Part shown: positions 51,027 to 56,132 of the stretch, piece by piece
How positions within the stretch are numbered: position 1 is the first letter of the stretch
Layout: every line of letters begins with the position of its first letter
Assembly (NCBI GenBank): GCA_964426585.1
Contig: CAYRQZ010000005.1
Location: 1-56,132, forward strand
DNA from: an uncultured Bacteroidales bacterium
GTDB taxonomy: Bacteria > Bacteroidota > Bacteroidia > Bacteroidales > ML635J-15
Length of the DNA stretch: 56,132 bases
Reading direction: 5' to 3'
Translations under genes and position numbers: made by a program
Notes under the pieces: generated by a model
The model's input: only the letters and a program-made list of their open reading frames with translations
The model's database searches: none
Told to the model about the DNA's origin: nothing

Positions 51027-53312
51027 ATGAAACAGATATTGTTAGTATTAGCAATAATAATGAGTTTTTCATCTGTATTTTCTCAAAATAAATCAGATGC
51101 CAATATTTTTGGGCACGTTTTAAACGCAGAAACTGGCGACCATCTTTCCTATATAAATATTCAAATTAAGGGTAGCACTATTGGTACAGCCACAGATGCT
51201 ACAGGTCATTATTATTTGCGTAACTTACCCGAGGGAACATATATAATTGAATCTTCGGGTTTAGGATATAAAACCACTCGTCAAGAAATTACAATAGAGC
51301 CTGGAGTATCAAAAGAATTAAACTTTTTTATTGAGGAAGACAAAATTCAACTCGAAACGGTTGTTGTAAGTGCGAGTAGAAATGAAGTTAATAGGAAGGA
51401 AGCACCAACAATAGTAAACGTATTAAGTCCTGTTATATTAGAAAATACCAATTCCAACAATTTGGCACAAGGCTTAAACTTCCAGCCTGGGTTGAGGGTA
51501 GAAAACAACTGCCAAAACTGTGGTTTTCAGCAAGTTAGAATAAACGGGCTTGAAGGACCCTATTCACAAATATTAATAGATAGTCGTCCTATATTTAGTT
51601 CTCTGGCAGGAGTTTATGGCTTAGAACAGATTCCAGCAAATATGATTGACAGGGTTGAAATAGTAAGAGGAGGAGGTTCGGCTATTTTTGGTTCAAATGC
51701 TATTGCGGGAACAATAAATATTATTACAAAAGAAGCCATTAGCAATACCATCAGTATTGCAAATACAACAAATTTAATTGGAGGAAGGTCGGCAGATAAT
51801 TTCACAAGTTTAAATGCCTCATTAGTTTCAGATACATATAATTCAGGAGTTATAATTTTCGGTTCGACACGTCAACAAAGCCCTTACGACCACGATGGAG
51901 ACGGCTTTACAGAAGTAAGTAAAAACAATGCAAAAAATATTGGTTTTAGGGCGTATTATAGAACTCAAAATTATGGTAAGCTTAGCATAGAATATCACAA
52001 TATTAACGAATTTAGAAGAGGAGGCAACGAATTAGATTTACCACCACACTATTCCGATATTACCGAGCAAGTCAATCATAATATCAATACTGGAGGGGTA
52101 AAATATGATTTACATTCAAAGAACACAAAACACTTATTGAATATTTTTAGTTCGGCTCAAAAAATTGATAGAGATAGCTATTATGGAACAGGAAAAGACC
52201 CTAATGCTTATGGTAAAACAAAAGATTTTACAATAATTTCAGGATTTCAATATAGTTACTCTATGGATAAATTTTTATTTATGCCAGCGCAGCTAACTAT
52301 TGGAAATGAATATACTCAAAGCAAACTTAACGATAAAATGTTAGGTTATAATAGAGAAATAGACCAACAAATTCATATAGAGAGTATTTTTGTACAAAAC
52401 GAATGGAGAAATGAAAAGATTAGTATTTTATTAGGTGGACGACTCGACAATCACAATTTAATTCACAATCCGATTTTTAGTCCAAGAATAAATATACGTT
52501 ATAACCCTAGTTCGTCTATTAGTTTAAGAACGAGTTATTCAAGCGGGTTTAGGGCTCCACAAGCTTACGATGAAGATTTACACGTTACTGCTGTTGGTGG
52601 TGTTGTAACTTTAATTAGTTTAAATCCTAATTTAAAAACCGAAAATTCCCAAAGCTATAGTGCTTCGGTAGATTTATATAGAGCCTTTGGTAAGACCGAG
52701 ACAAATATTTTAATTGAGGCTTTCTACACAAACTTAGACAATGTTTTTGTTTTAGAAGAAATAGGAACAGATAATCAAGGAAATTTATTATTAGAACGCC
52801 GTAATGGCACAGGAGCAATTATTAAAGGAATAAATTTAGAAGGAAAACTTGCGCCTTCAAATAAATTTCAAGTGCAGTTAGGTTTTACTATTCAAAAAAG
52901 CGAATATGTACAAGCATTGCAGTGGAGTATAAACGAAAATTTAAAACCGCAAAAAAGAATGTTTCGCTCGCCAGACAAATATGGATATTTTACCGCATTT
53001 TATAATATTACAAAAAACTTTAGTTCGGCAATTTCTGGAACGTATACAGGTCCAATGCTTGTGCAACATTTTCAAGGATATGTTAGCGAAGACACCGAGT
53101 TTGAAACTCCAAATTTTATTGATTTAACAATTAAGTTTTCATATAACTTAAAAATAAATTCTAACATTATTTTTCAACTAAATGCAGGTGTTCAAAATAT
53201 ATTAAATTCTTATCAAAAAGATTTTGACCAAGGCGAGTATAGAGACGCCGGATATATGTATGGGCCTAGCTTGCCAAGAACATACTTTTTTGGTTTAAAA
53301 ATTAATATTTAA
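51027..53312 (+). CDS. TonB-dependent receptor with N-terminal CarboxypepD_reg-like domain
   Basis: Signal peptide. FGHVLNAETGDHLSYINIQIKG...DATGHYYL. Plug domain (VVVSASR, IDRVEIVRGGGSAIFGSNAIAGTINIITK) containing NNCQNCGFQQVRINGL (C162-x2-C165). 22-strand-sized barrel ending YFFGLKINI. Confidence 0.88.
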   Translation: MKQILLVLAIIMSFSSVFSQNKSDANIFGHVLNAETGDHLSYINIQIKGSTIGTATDATGHYYLRNLPEGTYIIESSGLGYKTTRQEITIEPGVSKELNFFIEEDKIQLETVVVSASRNEVNRKEAPTIVNVLSPVILENTNSNNLAQGLNFQPGLRVENNCQNCGFQQVRINGLEGPYSQILIDSRPIFSSLAGVYGLEQIPANMIDRVEIVRGGGSAIFGSNAIAGTINIITKEAISNTISIANTTNLIGGRSADNFTSLNASLVSDTYNSGVIIFGSTRQQSPYDHDGDGFTEVSKNNAKNIGFRAYYRTQNYGKLSIEYHNINEFRRGGNELDLPPHYSDITEQVNHNINTGGVKYDLHSKNTKHLLNIFSSAQKIDRDSYYGTGKDPNAYGKTKDFTIISGFQYSYSMDKFLFMPAQLTIGNEYTQSKLNDKMLGYNREIDQQIHIESIFVQNEWRNEKISILLGGRLDNHNLIHNPIFSPRINIRYNPSSSISLRTSYSSGFRAPQAYDEDLHVTAVGGVVTLISLNPNLKTENSQSYSASVDLYRAFGKTETNILIEAFYTNLDNVFVLEEIGTDNQGNLLLERRNGTGAIIKGINLEGKLAPSNKFQVQLGFTIQKSEYVQALQWSINENLKPQKRMFRSPDKYGYFTAFYNITKNFSSAISGTYTGPMLVQHFQGYVSEDTEFETPNFIDLTIKFSYNLKINSNIIFQLNAGVQNILNSYQKDFDQGEYRDAGYMYGPSLPRTYFFGLKINI

Positions 53313-53347
53313 TAGATAAAATATCAATAATTATGACTTAAGTCCTT

Positions 53348-54040
53348 TTATTTCCAAGCAAAAGCATACTTTACAGCAATAATTCCAAAATTCATAGGAT
53401 GTTTTTTATTCAAATCGCTTTGAAAACCAAGGGAAATATCTATACTTTGTTTGCCAAAATTAATTTTATCGCCAACAAATAATCTGTATTTGCTAAAATA
53501 TGCTTCTCTAAAAACTTTGTGAGAGCGAAAAATTTCGCCTGAAAAGTAAAAATTATGTGCTTGGTTATGTAAATATTCACATTTTATTCTATGTCGGAAT
53601 TTCATTTCATAAGGATTATCAATGTCGCTAATATTAAATAAATTTAAAAATTCTTTTTGAAACCTTAAACGATAATTTATTCTAAAATATTGACTAATTC
53701 GATAACGATAAGAAAAGTCAGAATTATACCTTATATTATGCTGAAAACTACCGAGATAATCATAATCTTTTGTATATCTGGCTCCAAGTGCAATTGAAAA
53801 GTTTTCATTAATTCTGTACGAAACAGCTAAATTAGAAATTATATCATCAATTTTTGTAAAATCGTGAAATAAACGTAATTGTTGTGAAAAGTCTAATTTA
53901 AACTTTTTATAAAATTTTTTCTCTACACCTGCCGACAACCACGCTCCTACATCATTTGTTACTACAAGTTCTTGAGCAAAGCTTAATTTGCATAAAAAAC
54001 TTAAAAATAAAATAATATAGAATATTTTTAAATTTTTCAT
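53348..54040 (-). CDS. DUF2490-like outer-membrane beta-barrel protein (230 aa)
   Basis: Signal peptide ...SFAQ, alternating aromatic/Arg beta-strand pattern and C-terminal ...VKYAFAWK. 4-nt overlap with the upstream methyltransferase gene. Confidence 0.55.
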   Translation of the reverse strand: MKNLKIFYIILFLSFLCKLSFAQELVVTNDVGAWLSAGVEKKFYKKFKLDFSQQLRLFHDFTKIDDIISNLAVSYRINENFSIALGARYTKDYDYLGSFQHNIRYNSDFSYRYRISQYFRINYRLRFQKEFLNLFNISDIDNPYEMKFRHRIKCEYLHNQAHNFYFSGEIFRSHKVFREAYFSKYRLFVGDKINFGKQSIDISLGFQSDLNKKHPMNFGIIAVKYAFAWK

Positions 54041-54813
54041 ATTATTCTTCGTTTAAATTCCGAACAAATTATTGCACTTGCAATAGCAACATTTAATGAC
54101 TCTGAATAAGTTTCAGAATTAGAAAAATTAGGAATAAAAAGTTTTTTATCGATTAGGGTTTCTAGTTCTTTTTTAATTCCCTGTCCTTCGTTGCCCATAA
54201 TTACCATTCCCGATTTTGGCAAAGGAAATTTATAAATATTTTCGCCGTTTAAAAATGTTCCGAAAACTAAATTATTAGTTTCTTCTTTATATTTTAAAAT
54301 TTGAGAGGCTAAATCTGCATAAACTACATTTATTCTTAAAAATGCTCCCATAGTGGCTTGTAGAGTTTTAGGCGAAAATAAATCGACACAATTATGAGAA
54401 CAAATTACATTATTAATTCCAAACCAATCACAAGTTCTAAGAATAGTTCCAAAATTTCCAGGATCTTGAATTTCGTTTAAAGCTAGATAAAAATCATTTT
54501 TGGAGTACGAAATTTCTTTGTTTTCAGGAAAATTTGCGAGAGCCATAACAGAAGAATAAGTTTTAAAACTACTAATTTTCTGCATAATTTCAGGCGTAGT
54601 TTCAAAAATTAAATCTTTAAATTTTTCATAATTTGAATAATTTTCTGCAATCCATTCCGATATGGCAAAAATGCTTTTTATATTCAAATCTGAATTTAAA
54701 ACCTCTTCAACAAGTTTTTTACCCTCAACAATAAAAAGCTTTTCCTTAAGTCTAAATTTTTTAATTTTTAAGGAATTTACTAATGAAATTTGTGCTTTGC
54801 TAATTTTGTTCAT
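54037..54813 (-). CDS. TrmH/SpoU family RNA 2'-O-methyltransferase
   Basis: EIQDPGNFGTILRTCDWFGI, VIMGNEGQGI and SLNVAIASAI motifs, plus an N-terminal substrate-binding (L30e-like) domain. Confidence 0.88.
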   Translation of the reverse strand: MNKISKAQISLVNSLKIKKFRLKEKLFIVEGKKLVEEVLNSDLNIKSIFAISEWIAENYSNYEKFKDLIFETTPEIMQKISSFKTYSSVMALANFPENKEISYSKNDFYLALNEIQDPGNFGTILRTCDWFGINNVICSHNCVDLFSPKTLQATMGAFLRINVVYADLASQILKYKEETNNLVFGTFLNGENIYKFPLPKSGMVIMGNEGQGIKKELETLIDKKLFIPNFSNSETYSESLNVAIASAIICSEFKRRII

Positions 54814-54903
54814 ACAAAAGCAAAAATAAGATTTCTTATTTACTTATAAGCCTTTTTATAAAAATATTAAACTTAAAAACTACAAATTGTTGAAAAGCTG
54901 AAA

Positions 54904-55887
54904 TTACAATAGGCTTTTCATTATTTTCAGATCTTCTTGTGGTAAAGTGCAATTAATTAGGTAATGTAAGTTTGAAACTAAACGATTAAGTGTCATATCA
55001 TTAATTCTGTTATTTTTCTCTACTAAGTCCCAACGTGGAGCAATTTTATAAACTTTATTAAACACTGATGGATAATCAAAATTTCCTTGAAAAGAAATAT
55101 CTATTACAATTACATTTTCGGGCAGGCAGTGACTTGGTATTTTAAAACTTGGCGAGGGCACAGCCGACACAACAATATCAGAAAGAGAGACACTTTCTAA
55201 AACTTTTTCGAATGGTGTGTATTGGTGGCAAACTTGCACATAAGCATGTTCGTTCAAAAACATTAAGGCTAAAGACCTACCTACAGCCAAAGAGTCGTTA
55301 ATAATTGTTACCCGCTTAGCTTCTAAATCGAAAGGATTTGTTTTTACATTTTCGGGATAAAAACCGCGTTCTTCATAAAACTCTTCATAATCAAGACAAT
55401 ACCTTTTAAAAATACTTAAAATTCCTTTTGCTGTAGGCGGAATAACAAGACGTTGCAAATGTTCTGGGTCGCGAAATTTTTCAAATTGTACCAAGTAGCC
55501 CAAGGAAGAATTATGCAAACCTTCCACATCTTTCATAGGACTTATCATATTCATAAAAACAACATCTTTTTCGGCGAAACCACTTGGATACATTACCAAA
55601 ATTCCATGGACAGATTCATCATCATTGAGTTTATTAATTGTTACTATAAGCTCCTCAGATGAAGAAACACGAAAATACAATGGTTTAATTTTATTTTTCT
55701 CACAAAACCGAATTATTCCTTTTGTATATGAGACAGAGCCTGGGTCATCGCTTGTTAAAATAACTGATAAACAAGGTTTTATATTATGTTTTTCATAAAA
55801 AGTTTGAACACATTCAATTATAGGAAGATCATATTTTTCAATAAGATGCTTTACATTTAAAATTTTATCAAAATAAGGGTTTTCCAT
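54904..55887 (-). CDS. Divergent FolD-like (methylene-THF dehydrogenase/cyclohydrolase fold) protein, 327 aa
   Basis: Collinear with FolD landmarks: LSVILTSDDPGSVSY, NDDESVHGILVMYP, PMKDVEGLH, IPPTAKGI, RVTIINDSLAVGRSLALMFL, VQVCHQYT, DIVVSAV and VIVIDIS. It has a roughly 25-aa insertion and lacks the C-terminal PGGVGP motif. Confidence 0.6.
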   Translation of the reverse strand: MENPYFDKILNVKHLIEKYDLPIIECVQTFYEKHNIKPCLSVILTSDDPGSVSYTKGIIRFCEKNKIKPLYFRVSSSEELIVTINKLNDDESVHGILVMYPSGFAEKDVVFMNMISPMKDVEGLHNSSLGYLVQFEKFRDPEHLQRLVIPPTAKGILSIFKRYCLDYEEFYEERGFYPENVKTNPFDLEAKRVTIINDSLAVGRSLALMFLNEHAYVQVCHQYTPFEKVLESVSLSDIVVSAVPSPSFKIPSHCLPENVIVIDISFQGNFDYPSVFNKVYKIAPRWDLVEKNNRINDMTLNRLVSNLHYLINCTLPQEDLKIMKSLL

Positions 55888-55889
55888 TA

Positions 55890-56132
55890 CTAGCTTTCTT
55901 TTTCAAATACATCAACATTTTTTATCCCTTCTTCATCAATCACAAATCTAATAGCAGTAACAAATTTATGCCAACCTTTGTTCCCAGCAGCACCTGGATT
56001 AATAAATAAAACCTGATATCGTTTATCAAAAACAACACTCATAATATGAGAATGACCCGAAATAAATAAATTTGGTTTAAATTTAATAAGAAGTTTTTCT
56101 ATTCCCTTAGCATATTTATTTGGAGAGCCTCC
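55890..56132 (-). CDS. Metallophosphoesterase (YfcE/MJ0936-like), C-terminal part; gene starts beyond the window end
   Basis: Absent from the ORF track because it is open at the edge. The reverse complement from 56132 reads GGSPNKYAKGIEKLLIKFKPNLFISGHSHIMSVVFDKRYQVLFINPGAAGNKGWHKFVTAIRFVIDEEGIKNVDVFEKES*. Stop TAG at 55890-55892. Confidence 0.7.
   Translation of the reverse strand, partial: GGSPNKYAKGIEKLLIKFKPNLFISGHSHIMSVVFDKRYQVLFINPGAAGNKGWHKFVTAIRFVIDEEGIKNVDVFEKES

Overview
Low-GC (about 30% by eye) chromosomal segment of a Bacteroidota-type genome. Supporting this assignment: short sigma-A proteins starting MRQLKI, TAnnTTTG -7 promoter boxes about 20 nt upstream of many start codons, DUF2723/DUF5686/GSCFA/CarboxypepD_reg families, and a Bacteroidota-style tmRNA. 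I call about 51 densely packed protein genes plus one tmRNA. Two of the genes run off the window edges and are absent from the ORF track: rho at the 5' end and a metallophosphoesterase at the 3' end. Most of the content is housekeeping: rho, two rpoD-like sigma factors, rpe, ssrA, futalosine-pathway mqnD/mqnB/mqnC, folE, fabD, proS, dinB, tnaA, SOD, FTCD, gdhA, xth, frr, pyrH, msrBA and DAHP synthase-chorismate mutase. I found no rRNA, tRNA, CRISPR array, transposase, integrase or recognisable defence operon. None of the candidates below is a demonstrably new system; they are candidates that need database, structure or expression checks. The stretches that look least ordinary are: (1) a lipoprotein with an extreme Tyr/Trp/Gly/Asn-rich block and a poly-Ser tail, directly followed by a FadL/PorV-like beta-barrel (8.2-11.3 kb); (2) a GT32 glycosyltransferase divergent from a radical-SAM enzyme whose SPASM/twitch-like Cys domain sits at the N-terminus (12.4-14.8 kb); (3) a roughly 1.1-kb compositionally foreign islet with an 89-aa ORF coupled to an apparently internally deleted RhuM-family gene (25.8-27.0 kb); (4) a 528-nt GC-rich, hairpin- and repeat-laden non-coding tract between gdhA and tetR (40.06-40.58 kb); (5) a His-rich small membrane protein, TonB-dependent receptor and DUF2490 cluster (50.6-54.0 kb); and (6) a Crp-family regulator with an extra N-terminal sensor-like module upstream of a FemAB-like acyltransferase. 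All family assignments come from motif recognition by eye, and no database search was run.
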